A program made the position numbers and the translations under genes. 49,078 nt of DNA from Stramenopiles sp. TOSAG23-6 (lineage: Eukaryota), in contig LT635924.1 in NCBI GenBank assembly GCA_900128565.1, forward strand, positions 1-49,078, in the 5' to 3' direction. How positions within the stretch are numbered: position 1 is the first letter of the stretch; every line of letters starts with the position of its first letter. The notes under the pieces are model-generated. The model saw only the letters and a program-made list of their open reading frames with translations, searched no databases and was not told where the DNA came from. Positions 7,287-21,700 of this stretch are shown piece by piece.

Positions 7287-9704
7287 ATGATTCCCACTTC
7301 GTTTGTGTGCATGTCATGTGATGGTTCGGGGAAACGTCGTGGTAATTTGACAAAGAATGCACGGCGTATGTTACGTGCAGCAAAAATCTGGGGCAAACCA
7401 AAACCTAATGTAGAGTCTATGAGACTTGTTGTTAAGTGCAAAAGCTGTGATGGTTCGGGTCTCATTTCTGATATTACAGGTACAAGTTTGTCAAAGGAAG
7501 CGTGTGGTGCAGCACGTGATCGCGATGACTTCGTTGTTGGTGTTGCGGGTGGAGGTATCGGTGGTCTTGCTGTTGCTTTGGCTTTACAGCAGCGTGGTAT
7601 TCGTGTCATCGTATATGAAAGAGACGTTTCCTTCAATGAACGTAGTCAAGGCTATGGTCTTACGATGCAGCAAGGCGGTGCTGCGTTAGAGGCATTAGGA
7701 ATACGTTTTGAAGAAGAAAGTATATCATCTTCTGCGCATTATTCATTTAAACCTTCCGGTGAAGTTATCGGTTGTTATGGTCGTCGGCTTCGAGCTGCAG
7801 CACAAAGAGGCAGTTCAAACGAAAGTGTTGATGATGTCAGTGAAAAAGAGACAATTACTATGAGTAAAAATACACCAAAGCAGAATATGTATCATTTACT
7901 CAGGGACCCTCTCTTGAAAGTATCTATAGCAAAGAAAACGGATGAAAATCGCGGACTAAAAAGATTTCGATCGGCGGAGAAATCGACAAATACATCTGAA
8001 AAACGTGGTAATACTTGTAATACTAGTAGTAATAATAATAATAGTAATAATAATAGTATACCAATAGAAACTGAACAAAAGAAATCTAAAAAAAAGAAAA
8101 ATATAACATTCGATTCTCAGCCTCAAAAAACGAAAACTGAAAAATGTAAAAGTAGAAATAAAAACACGAAAACTGAAAAATGTAAAAGTAGAAATAAAAA
8201 CCGACATATTCCTCGACAACGACTTAGACAACTTTTATATGAAAGATTATTACCAGGTACTGTGCAATGGGGCTGCCGAGTAGTAGAATATAATGATAAT
8301 AGAATGAATAAAGTTGAACTTTCACTGTATAAGAAACAAAAGCACAAAAGTGTTGACAATGAGAAGAGCACTCAGCAAATTCGAAATTCGTTAGGTACGA
8401 AATTTGGTACGGATTCGAATCGGCCAACCAAAGAGACGATGTTTCAGCAAACAGTTTCTGTATTAGTAGGTGCTGATGGGATATTTTCAACCGTGAGAAA
8501 AGTAAAATTAGGTGATGATAAACAAAGCTTGCGTTATTTAAACGTCATGGTTATACTCGGTATTGTAGGTTTTTATTATGAATTTTGATTTTTTTTTTTT
8601 CGTAAAAAATTTTGTCCCTAACAAATTTCAAATTTTTAAAAATATTTCCTCAAAATAAATGCTCCTTGTGATTACCCAGGATATAATGAAACTGTATGTC
8701 AGACATTAGATGGTGACACGCGATTATACTCCATGCCTTTTACTAGCCCTATCCAAGAGTCTGGTGTTTATCATAATAGAAATTCATCAAATGATAATTT
8801 AAATGAAACAAAAAATTCTAATATTCCAAATGTTGTCAATTCAGCAGTTGCAGCAGTTGGACATGGTACAACTATGTGGCAGCTTTCTTTTCGAGCGACT
8901 GAAAATGAAGCAAAACAAATTGTATGTTTTATTTTTTTTTTTTGTATGAATTTTTTTTTCGTACGCAATTTTGTACCTAACAATTTTTTAAATTTTTTAA
9001 AAATATTTTTCCAAAATACTTGCTTCAACACCAAAAACTTTGAAAAGTGAAGCACTTCGTCGATGTTCGACTTGGCATGAACCGATCCCTCAGCTTTTGC
9101 AAGATACTGATTTCGAATTAGTTACTGGATATCCTTGCTTTGATAGACACCTACTTTCTGCTGAACGATGCAGAGGAGATTCTAATTCCAGGGTTACTTT
9201 TTTAGGTGACGCTGCTCATGTATCTTTTATTTTTTTTTTACAAAAAAATCGAATTTATTTTTCGTACGAAGTTTTGTACCTAACAAATTTTAGTTTTTTT
9301 TTTTGAAATATTTTTCCAAAATACATCCGATGTCACCTTTCAAAGGTCAGGGTGCAAATCAAGCGTTGCTTGATGCTGTCCTCCTCGCTCAACATTTATA
9401 TACATCAAATATAGCTACAAATGTTCGAAAAGAAAACGAGAAAATAGCGAATTCTTTGAGAAAAGCTGACAAAGTTAGAGGTTCCACAAAATATGAAATT
9501 CCTGATAGAACTGTAATTGATGCTATGGCTGCATATGAACGAATAATGTTAGATCGAAGTTCTATAAAGGTGAAGCAATCAGCTGAGGCAGCAAAAGTTT
9601 TACATATGAAGGAAGCGACAGCTGCTGTTGGGGGACAAACACGGGCAGCTGTGGCAATAGCTGCAATTCAAGGTCAGAATTTACAAACTCTGAATCATTC
9701 TTAA
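7287..9704 (+). CDS. FAD-dependent monooxygenase (group A flavoprotein hydroxylase type) with N-terminal CxxCxGxG pair, spliced
   Basis: Exons 7287-8564, 8661-8921, 9022-9219, 9327-9704. Motifs GGGIGG, LVGADGIFSTVR and, after splicing, LGDAAH|PMSPFKGQGANQALLDA. Confidence 0.9.
8565..8660 (+). other. Non-canonical intron GT-AT, 96 nt, phase 0
   Basis: att|gtaggttttt...tttgtccctaac...caaaataaat|gct; gives VILGI-APCDY in frame with ORF 8733. Confidence 0.82.
8922..9021 (+). other. Non-canonical intron GT-TT, 100 nt, phase 0
   Basis: att|gtatgtttt...ccaaaatactt|gct; gives EAKQI-ASTPKTLKSEALRRC. Confidence 0.85.
9220..9326 (+). other. Non-canonical intron GT-AT, 107 nt, phase 0
   Basis: cat|gtatctttt...ccaaaatacat|ccg; restores GDAAH-PMSP. 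Confidence 0.92.
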
Positions 9705-9767
9705 TATTAATACATTTATAAAAGAAATTGTACTATAGATTTCTTAATTTTGTTTATAGATAATCAT

Positions 9768-12700
9768 CTAGTCGTCGTCGATAGATGAGTTACCCCATTG
9801 AATAGCTATTTTTAATGCTCGTAGCATGGCTTTCTGTGAAGAATACTTTGGCAAATCAATTTGAAAAAAGCATGTATGAGCCGAAGGTAGAGCAGCATCT
9901 TTCCCGGGTTTTGAGTGCACAGTAAAATTATGTGTCCAGCCTTGCTTACCTAATGGAAGCCTTCCCCTACCCCAGCAGAATCTAAGGAATCCTTCACGCT
10001 CCGCATCACTAAGTTCGCCCAAAGATTTCCAAAGCCATTGTTGGTACTTATGATCTTTATTATAGCTCTTCCATGTAGTATGTGCTTTCAATCGATCAAT
10101 ATCAAATCCAGATTTTCCACAGACATGTAATTGAAATTCTTCCCAAGACCATAATGATAATAGAGATATAGGCACAATTGTGGACAAACCAGCTCGCATA
10201 GCTAATGCTTGAGGGCGAATTTCTTCTAGTCGATATTCTTCGCATAATGAAATATATTTCAATCTTGAATCGTATGTTACAGGTGTATTCTCACCTCCAC
10301 GGAAAAGAGGAACTTCGATCCCATTGTTATTGATTACTACATGATTCAGTTGCAATGTTTTTTGAAAATCTCCATCGGAATCTTTCCATTCGCGTATTGA
10401 TTTATTTAGCTGACAAAAACCTTCATCTATTGCTTTCATATCTGATTCTGTTGGTTTTTCATCAATAATCATTTTCCAAATTACTGATGGGAAATCAAAA
10501 TCTAGAGGATTGTGAATACGCAGTGCAATTCCCATAATTTTGCCTACAAAACACCACATGTGTAAATGATCTTTGCTTTTGTACTTTGGATTTGGCACCC
10601 ACTTATCCCTACCAGTACTACCATCATTCAGTCTGTTATTTGGACATGGAATAACCATTCCAACATGTACTTCACGCAAGTCTGATATACACTGCCCCAA
10701 TGTATCTCTAAAAGGACCACCTTGATCAATAGCTGATTCACCTTCAAACTTCACCTTCCAGACTCCGTGAGGTCCTCCAGCTTCGCGGGACCGCTGACGG
10801 AGACATTTGGGTGGCAAATGATTCAAGCCCGTATATATTTGACCAAATATAGATCTTTTCAATGATTCTGTCGTTGGTGTTGCCTGGCCAGTATATTTGA
10901 TGGACTCTAAACGATTAATTTTTATTGATACTTGGTCTTCTTCCGAAGCATGCGTCTCTTCCAAAGCATCATGCCATATTTTGAGTTTGGGCTTCGAATA
11001 TATCAATTCACGACAGGCTTTCATTTTAGCTCCAATATTACTCGATCCTCCGATTTGAGACATGTCTATTAAAGGGAGCAGTGATTCAACAGCATTGTTG
11101 AATATTTGAAGCAGAGAAAATCGAGAATTCAATTCACTCTGAGTTCGTGTTGTAAGCAACCAATATGCAGCTGCATCTTTTGCTTCGAATACCATAGACG
11201 AATCTTGTAGCCCGTCAGCATCAGCAATATTTTCGGTCAGAGTAGTATTCTCATTAACCGAGTTAATATATCGAACAAGCTGTGTATCAGCTTGGTGCTC
11301 AAATGAATGTATCATTGTGAGAAACTCTTGTTGTAATAAATTTTGGTCATGGTATAGTTGGCTTACCATTTCTTCTGCTGCGGGGTTTTCAATATCTGTA
11401 GATACTGCTACAAACTTTACACCAAACAAATTACCACTCTCCCTTCTCGAATGTGTTGGAGACTGGCGGTCAATAGTTTTCATTTTTCCATTCTCATTTT
11501 TATTCTTTGAAATTAGCTGAACCGTGTCCCCGGGTTGAAATAAAGTTACATAAGGGAAGAGAGATTTACCATGAATATTTGTAAACGCAATGCCTTGGAA
11601 TGATCCATTGACATTGAAACATAATGTGTTTGCATTTTTATCTAATACACATTCAATTATATCGCCGTCGTGAGCTTTAATACCATACGTGGATTCATCC
11701 TTAGAACTAGCTTTCTCACCAGTTTTTGTATTATAGTGCCAAAACTTTCTACTTTTACCGATCGGTATTTCACAAACACCAATGTATGCTTTTTCAACCG
11801 AAATCAACTTCACTTTGAATGAATTCTTTCGTGCTGACAATGGCATATTACATATCACCGTCCTATTTGGCAAATTGGCGCGACCAATGTAACGAAGAAT
11901 GGAAGGATCTTCATCATCAATTTCAACCAATACACTGTATTTTTCATGCCCCTTGAGGCATTTTCGAAGATCCTTTTGAAGATCCCATGTGAAAGATTCC
12001 CTAACAGGAAAATGCCAAAAGAATTCTCCGACAGGTAAATTAACGACGCGGTCTTCTGAAGAAATCTTGTTTTGATGGCCAAGGTATAAAAATTCTCCTT
12101 CAACCCCAAGATGATCTTTAGACTCTTTATTTTCTGCATGTCGGAAAACTCTGAAATATGCTGCTGGTTGATGTTTAACACACATCAGTTCATTTTTACA
12201 TTGCTGATTAATACTTATAGGCAAACCTTTATGACTCGGTCCGACACATATTAAAGAAATTTTTCCATTATTATATGCCGGCAACCAAATTGAAGCTTTG
12301 GATGCAAGCACGCAGTTATTCCGTAAAGTACCTACATTTGAAACTTTTATATAATTACCATTCATACTTTTCATACGAAATGTGTCCCTATTTGCTATAT
12401 CTTTTTCAGAATTATCTTTTGATACTTTTTCAAATGTTATCTTTTCTTTTAATGAAACGTTTTTGATATCTGTGGTCGATTTTTCCCATGCGTTTTTCTT
12501 TGAAGGCACTACAGCGACGAAATCAGATGTAAAAGTCAATACTCTACCTGGTGTGTACTCCATGGATATTATATTTGATATAATAGTGTGATATTTGCTC
12601 ACAACACCAACGCGGGCAATCTCGTCTACCATATATTTATCTTTACTAAATACGATACAATGGTCCGATTCTATCTCTGTTTTTACATCAAAAACAATTT

Positions 12701-15700
12701 TTGTATTAGTAGCATGTGGCAAGATAATATGAGAAGTATTTAGTGTGTCAACATATGGATACGGGCTTCGGCCTGTTATACCAAAGCGTGACGGGTTCAT
12801 CTTGACCATGACGCGAATTAAAGAAGGTGGCATCACATCGCTTGAAAGATTTTCTGATATTGTACAATCGGTTCCTTTTGATTCAACTTCATCAACTATT
12901 TTACTTTCTAGAATCGTAGGTGGTGTTGAATTGAAAACTTTCATCGTACTATTTGCTTTATGCGTTTCCCCCAGTGTTTGTATTCTTTTGCTGAATATAT
13001 CGAGTAATGCTAGTGCAGTTTCAGCTTTACTAAACCAATCAGGTCGAGATCGCCTCATTGAAGCAGGAGCCTTCACGACACATTCAAGTTTTGACAACGC
13101 GATTTCCATTTCAACTAATGCTGACATATATGCACTGTCTCTTAAAGATCCATGTTCATGCAATGTTTCAAGCTGACCCGAGAAATGACCTAGCATAGTT
13201 TTAAGTATATTGTTTTGTCTTACAAGATTTTTTGTGGGTGTATCACTTTCAGAATTTGATGTTGTACAACTTTCCTCCAATACAAGCGTTAAAGTGTGCA
13301 TTGCTTCAATCCGAATATTTCCATCACTAGATGTAATAAATCGTAGTATTGCCTTTACGAGAAAAATAAGACGATCTTTTGGTAGTGATTGTGTTTCGAT
13401 CAAGAGTTCGATTAACCAAAATGATAACCGCGGGTTAGCTCTCTCAAGAGCATGTTTGTCACACATAATTAGTAAATGATTTTTCTCTGGATCATCTTGT
13501 GGTTCATTATTATCGCTACTTTCTGAATTCTTATTTCTAAGTAAACTATTTGATTTCAAGCTCACTGGACGCTGTGCATGACATGCACGAAATAAATGAC
13601 AAATACAAGTGTCAATTAAAGTTACTGCAATATCTTTAGTGTCATTTTGACCCGTGGGCATCGCTACAACATCTGTCTTGGGTCTTGAAAAATCTTTAGA
13701 CAATAAAACTTTTTTTAATACACTCTTAAAATTAGACAATAAACTACTGGATGCTACAGCTCCGTGAATAGCCGGAATTTTAAGTTCAGAAGAAAATTTA
13801 CCAGCAAGTAACTGGCACATTGACACAAGAAATGAAGATCCCCCAATAATATTCACTGAAGTAAATGCATGTATTGTGAAAAAATATTTCAAAATAAAAT
13901 CGTTAGGTACTAAATTTCGTATGAAAAAAAATGTAAATTAGAAATTCATATAAAACGTACATCTGAAGGTAAATTCTGTAATAGGGCAATGTACAAATCT
14001 CGTGCAAATAAAATCGATAGACTTTGCATCGCATGAATTCCGTGTGAATATACGGACAACTGCCAAAAGTTTTGATTCATATGAACTTTCGCTTGCTTTT
14101 TCAATTGGGTTATTTTGTCTTTTTTTGTATTTATTTCATTTCCATCTGTCGCTTTCGAACATTCTTCGGTTCGAGGACATCCATCAAAAGTCTCCATAAG
14201 ATTGTTATTTGAACGAGTTCCCAAATCACCGACTGGTAATTCTCTTTTAGCTTTATTACTTGATACAAGTGTATCTAGGGTGTCTTTTTCACCATCCATT
14301 ATATATTCAGATAAAGATCTCTCATGAGAATTTTCGACGGGCACATATTTTTCTTTGAACAATTCTCTTAACACAGAATCAAAATCTCCATTGTGTTGTT
14401 TCAGGATTTTAGATGTAATATCTACTTTAAATCCAAGAGTTTTGGTAAGTTCTTCATTTAGAGTACAATCTAAAATACCATTTTGATACACATTTGTGTC
14501 ATTGCCTCTAATAAAAGTATACATATCCCCACAATTGTGCATAGTAACACAGGGATATAACTCTTTACCCAGAAGATTTCCCGTATATTGAGCAGGATAC
14601 CAATTATCATCGTTCAGAGCCCACTGAATTGACCCAACGAACATATTTACACGAACTCGGACAATTGTCCCTGATCGAAAGCTTTTATCTGTAACTCGAT
14701 TTGAGCCACTGTTGTAACACTCCCCGTTATGATACAATGCATACCCTGATCTGTTTGTGCCACAATAGCTACTCAAATTTTGATTCCTTTCTGCCACTCC
14801 AACGAAGCCATATTTTTTCATTTTTGTGACTTCCACTGAAAACTCCGTAATTCCACTTTTTGGTATAGGTTCTGAGGCCAACACGGATCTGTAAGAGTCA
14901 TTAGATCCATTATCATCCTTGTATCGAACACAGACGTCTGACAAAATTTCAATGCGTTTATGGCACCCTCTAGGATCCCAGACAAAATTATGTGTCGTAA
15001 TTTCGTATCTATTTTCCATACTTGGAATTTTCTTGTACAACCATTTCCCATTAGCTATTAATCCATGCCGTTGTCCTATTCGATCAAATGCAAGACATCC
15101 TATACCAGAAGACATTGGCCACCAACCGATTAGTTGTGGGCTCAACGGTTTACATAAATTTTGAAATTCCTCAAATTTGTCTTCATTTAAACTTTTGTGC
15201 CAAATGCGTACGTCTCGAAATTCCATTCTCATTTGTTTTAACACATTTGGCTCTGTAAAATTTTGTTGTTTCGTTTCTATTACATCTGAATTCACTATTG
15301 AAGTATGATTTACGTTCGTAGCACATCCTCCAAATATCCACCCACCGAATTTAATGTTTGATGGTGAAGTTTTCAATGGGCATTCTCCAACTTTAACTCT
15401 ATTTCGATAAAGATACCAAGTTCCCCCGTCTGATGACACCAAACTATTTTTATCAATACCTATAGGAAGTTTTGATGGATTACCATCAATTGTAACTTTA
15501 TCAGATGTGAGATCCATAAGAACAAATGGATGCCATATAATACCACGAGGAATAATTATTGATGTTTGGAGTGAACCATTCTTATAGAATACTATTCTAC
15601 CATTATCACAGTCAAGAAAACAACCAATAATATCGCCACTTCGGTATGTATCAATCGGCGAACCATCAGCTTTTGTATCAATTGTAGTTCCACCGGCTTC

Positions 15701-18700
15701 GCATCTGTTTCCCCTCGAACCATTATAGTAGCTATATTGGTCCGCATGGCCACGAATGTGCGAAGAAGCAGGTAATCTACGATTCATACTGATCCCAATC
15801 CACATTTCATCACCTAAGCCATCAACTTCGATATTCCAGTAATGTTTCCCGGAAGACAATTTCTTGTTCGTAAATATATTATTACAATCATGCACTATCG
15901 AAGTTTTATAAACGGTTTGATCATTATTGGAGAATACAATCTCTCCTGGAGCATAAATACAATCTTCGGTGACAAAACGCCAACTATTTGTTTCGTACAC
16001 AGCAGCTAAATGTACCCATTGGCCCCGGTCTTCATCTTGGATTGAAGAAGACACGATTGTTTGAGAAGGTGTTTTTTCTAGCGAGTGCATTCCAGTTTCA
16101 TAGCAATTTTCGGATAACCGAAGAAACAAACCTAATTCTTCTGTTCCGTATCGGATTATAGGTTGAGTATGCATTTGTTTTGATGTCCATTCATCTTTTC
16201 TTGGAACAGTTACCCATGCCTCAATGGTAAGCCCAGTGACTTGCGAAGGTGGATGTAGCTCAATTGGTCTACCAACAAGCACATATCCTGTATGATCATC
16301 ATCTCCTGGATCTTTATTTGTACATTTACTGTTTAGTCCTAAAGATAAAACATTGCTCATCGAAGGTTCATTTTTACTTTTTAATAAAACAAATGAATGA
16401 CCATGTTCGCCTCTACCGATGAGAATTTTTCCATCCTTAGAAAATGATAATGAAAATGTATTTGGTGTAAATCCAATAATTGAAGAAATTCCAACTCGTT
16501 TCGGAACTACACCCCAAAGATTTAAATCTTTTGCCGATATCGTACCAGAAACATCTTGTCCTTTCATACTACATTGAGGATGTTTTCTGAGATTAGGGAA
16601 AGACATGACACCAGAGAAATGGCCACTTTTCGAATCTCTCTGATTGACTTTAAGTTCAATAAAATCACTCGTTAGGTTGAAATCTTCGTAGAGGCTCCCA
16701 ATTTCTCCTAATAATTCTGCACCTTCCGCAAGTTGCTCTTGAGACTGTGGGTAACGAAGTAAACCTGAAAATACTGCACCAGCTTTTATCGTATCACTTG
16801 TTTTATATTCTCGAGGCATACTTTCCAAGTATTGCTGGCATGACATTCCAAATTGACCTTTGTTGATAGGTAGAATAGTACAGGCTGCTACGCCAGACAA
16901 CCATATTGCTGGTCTCATTTTTGCAATAGGATTTTGATAAACATTTCCAAGACGTTTTCCATTTCGAGTAAATAAAATTTTCCCATTACGATAATCACGA
17001 CCAACACCAATTGTATCACCAATTTTCCATTCTCTCGAAAAAACACGCTCGCCAATATTCTGATCATGTGTGAGCGCATCTGCTACATGTGGGTCTATAA
17101 ATTGCGAGTAATCTTCTACATCATAATCTTTATTGTTATTTTGTGTTTTATTTATTGGTTTCTCATTTGAAAGTATTTGTCTTTGTATGTCAGTAATATC
17201 ATCTGTAAAATGTACAGGACTGGGTGGTTCTGAAACTGCGTCCGAGTCACAATCTGTAAAATTACTAAAGCGAAACTCATCCGATGCACTTTCAGCAGGG
17301 AATGACGGTGGATTTGGTGGTGGAGATGGGATATTTGGCAAATGTACCTTACTACGAGGAACCACATTAACTATAGGATTAATTTTCTTTTGGGGAGATG
17401 CCATTACAGAATACATCGAAATATTTGTAAAGTATGTTGAGTGCACCGATGCAACAGTGCGTACCCATCGTGCTTTATCATTTGATACTTCAATTAGTTC
17501 TGTTGTTTGAATCCCTGAAAACTCTACAGGAATGAGTGTTGCGCTCATCAATGAACTTGCAGATACAAAGCGTGGTATTTCAGAATGTGATTTTATAAAG
17601 AGCTCAATTGCAAATATTTTTGAGGGGTTTTCTTCTTTTCCTCCAACTGTGATTTTTTTGTCGTCAATGGAATGTTGATTCTCAATTTTGTTTTCAGTTG
17701 TGGTTTTCCAATATCTATAGAAAAATAGTGCTTGTTCTTCAGTTGGGATCATTTTCTTTTCCATTTCAGCGCGAATTGTCGCATCTGGAATACCATTATT
17801 TTTCATGGAAGCATATTCTTTGAATTTTTCTGGGATTTTACTATGATTAATAACTTTCCATGACCCTTTTTTCCTGACGACAATTTTCTTTAATTTAGTA
17901 TTTGCTACTTTAAAAGTGAATGTTCCGCCAGATTTGAGCTGTAGCTGACAACTCATATGTGCAGACCAATTAAGAGAAAGCCAACGCTTCTCTATCCAAC
18001 GGCCTTCATAAACACCAGCAGGAGCACTCATGCGATCTCCATTTGAAAGTATCGTGATACTTGATTGTTTGAAGTCATCAGTGTTTGTGTTTCCTTCATA
18101 AATAGAACTTACTTCAGAAGCTTGCAATGCACGAGGATAAAACCTCATATCACGTAAATGGCCTTCTAAGAAAAAATCATCTGGGTGTCGTTTACCTATC
18201 CATACTACACCATTACCTTGCCCAAGGCTATCATAAAAATTGCGTGCTAGTGATGTTTTCTTGATGAGCAATCCATCTACATAAAATGCAACGGAAGGAT
18301 TTTCAGTAGTCCAAACACAAACTGCAATGTGGTGCCAATCTCCATCATTAGGTAAACAACTAGGGGTCTCAATTTGATTGCGAGAAAATCCATCTCCTTC
18401 TGAATGAAATAGACTTAATGTACGATCATCAGCTGCGGCAAAAATGGCCATAATTCTCACATCCTCATTTTCTCGTGGGACACTTTTACATATAATATGA
18501 CAGCGATTTGATGAATTATCTTGTTTCATCCAAACGCAAATTGTCCAACTCTCAATGTTGAAATCAGGATGCTGATCCTCTGGTAGTCTAATATATGTTG
18601 AAGGGTCAGATTCTTGAAATTTATGATCCTTGTTCAGTAGTACTTGAAACCCTTTCTTCTTTGCTTCTTTATCTTTACGTTGTTGAATCAGTCTTGTTTT

Positions 18701-21700
18701 GAATGATCGTTCCTCTGGTGTTAGTTCATAGCTAGCTAAGCGAGCTAACATTACTTTTGCATCAGAGTCACAAAATTTACCAGAATTTGAAAAGTGTGTC
18801 TTCTTTGTGATCTTACAAAAAGGAGTAGTCACAGTCGGAAAAGAAATCAAATGTGATTTTTGCTTCTGTGCTTCATTATAATTGGATGTGGCATTATCTG
18901 AATTAACTTCGTTAGTTTTACTTTTATATTTTGATTCTTTTGATTCGAATGACCTTTTAAAGCTTATAGCATCATAGTCAAAATTATTTAGAAGTTTTCC
19001 ATCGCTGCTCCACATTAATGCAACATTGTTAGGGGGGCCTACAGCACCCCATGATTCACATCCCTCGAGACTACTTTCTGTAACCAGCCCAACCGAAACG
19101 CGCCCTAAATAATTAGATTCTATTCGAATTTCAAAATAGTCCGATGGTAAATATTTAAAAATTTCACCATCATCACATTGTTTTTCCCAAACAGCATCTT
19201 GACCATCGAAAACGCTTTGCTGCATTTCAGATGACGAAACTAAACGAGATAAACCTTGTGATGGAATGCAGAAGATTGATTTATTTAGTTGGGAACTCGG
19301 CCATGCGGTTCCAATCACACCACCACCAGAATCTATATCAGAAGGTGTTGCATGCCTGATGAGAATAAAATCTGTCATCTCGTTTTCAATACCAACATTA
19401 GTCGTAATATCTAATGTAATTGATTTCGTAAATTTAGATATATTACCTAAAATTGATTTGACCTCTTTTGTGCCACCAATTAGCGGTATCCTTGCTTCAT
19501 ATGATAATCCAGATACTTGCAATAATTTCATGAGTAAAGCATCTTTGTTGCCAAACTCATTGAGAATTTTTACAGGGTTTGAAGCAATACGGCACAATTC
19601 ATCAATAAAGAAGTTACAACTATTATTTTTCATACTCATTTTTGATCCAACTTCCGACAGCATAGCAATCGGTGCGGCTGGGTTCGGTAGAAGTGATCGA
19701 AGCACACACATCGCTTTCATGCGAAGCATCCAAAATGTGGCCGATGGAATCATATATGTCATGGATTGCTCATTCGTGTTGCTGAATTTTATTAGATGTG
19801 CAAGTCTTTGTACAAGTGTTTTTACTTGATCCACTGGAAAATTTTCAACATCCAGTGCTGGTGAAACTGCTGGCGTTAATAAATTGAGTGGTATAGTTTC
19901 AATTGAAGTTCCATCGCCTAATGCTACCATTGCACTAGTTCCAGGTTGAATGAATCTTACCACAGTTCCAACTTGTGGCATACCTGCGTTGTCGATGGGG
20001 GCAACATTAACCTGAAAGCCAACACGAACAGCTTCCATATGAGCACCCAAAACATCTAATGCAGATCGCGTCATACGTAATTTGTGGCGTATTTCGGAAG
20101 ACTTCAGAAGAGATGCATCACAGGAAGGTGTAATTCCTAAATCATATATTGAACTAACTTGTTTGACTAAAATGTTTAATGTAAGTTGCGACCATATCTT
20201 AGAACGTTGGAGGGCACGAACCACCATGACCAACTCTGCAGAAAATTCCGATGCACATGTTCGAGAAAAAATATTTCAAATTCGAAATTTGTTAGCCACA
20301 AAATTTAGTAAGAAAAATGAATAAATTTGAAATTTATGATGAAAACGAACACTGGGAAGAAGGTATAGCATGGGGTTCCGTGTAACCATCGGACGCATCA
20401 TCTAAATAATAATATGATGTAGATTTCCCAATTAATTCAAGTAGCGAACATACGACGTCTTCTGCCGTCCAGTTAACACCAAGTGCAGAAGAAACAATCT
20501 CTGGGTCAATGTAGGGTAATGCCTCACAAAGTACTCGAATAACTCTCCTGCGAACATCAGGAGTGACGAGTGTGAATCCGGCATTGATATGTTTGTGCAA
20601 CAACAAAGGCACCGAACTTAAATGTCTGGGCGAATCACAGTTTTGTAAATGTTTATGAGGCGGTGATCTAGTTGCAAATCTACCACCTACCATTGATAAA
20701 AGCAGCCGTAATGTATCACTATCGCACACACGAGATCTCCCTACTGGTGATCGTACACAATGAAATAATAGTTGAAGTAGCCAATCGACACCTTGACTTG
20801 TTATTCTTCCAATTTCACCACCTGCCGCGGGCTTGCTACGAAAGGCATGGTGCTTCACCCATTTTTGTAGTTTTGCATAGGACAGCGAATCAGAAGTTTT
20901 ATCATTCAAAGATAAAGGTTTTATATGTAATGATCTAATCCAAGAGTGCATACCATGAGTAATTTCTTCTTCAGATTTTGATGAAAACGAAGGTGGCAAT
21001 GGTGGAGCACCCACATAAATAGGCGGAACATTAATTTCTCGTTCATTGGAGTTCACTCGTTCAGTGGCAGATTTTGGGTAAGAAATACAACTGCTTCGCA
21101 TGATTCTTAGCTCGTCATGAGGACCTTGACATTTCAGATCCATCATAGTTGCATGTGGAGGAACGCTTTTGTTACGCCATACACGCACCCCACCAATCCA
21201 ACCAGAAAATGTTAGTTTAGGCGAAAATAAAGAAAATCCTATACCTAAGTACCCACCAGTAGGTGGTACGGGTTGTCTTGCATCTTCCTGGAGTAGTTTG
21301 TTAAATACTAGAAGTTGACCATCAATGTATATGCATATTTCTTCCGATATGCTGTCATATATAGCACATATGTGATACCATTTCATTTCTTCCAATGTTT
21401 CATCAGGATTTGCTGGGTTGAATGGGCATAATGTGTTATTATCAGATCTGGTTTTGGTTTTGGAATTTTCAGTTACAAATATAAATTCAACAGTTGTTTT
21501 GTTCATTCGAAGTTCCCAGCCTGTTTCAGTACCATTCGTCGACAAAATTGGATTTTCGAATGTTTTGTCTGAAATATCCGATATACTTTCAATGCGAATC
21601 CAGACATGGGCTGTAACTGAATCATTATTATACATTACAATGTCACCCATATCTTGGTATTTAACCTCTTTTAGATTCCTTGTGTCATGAATGTATGCAA

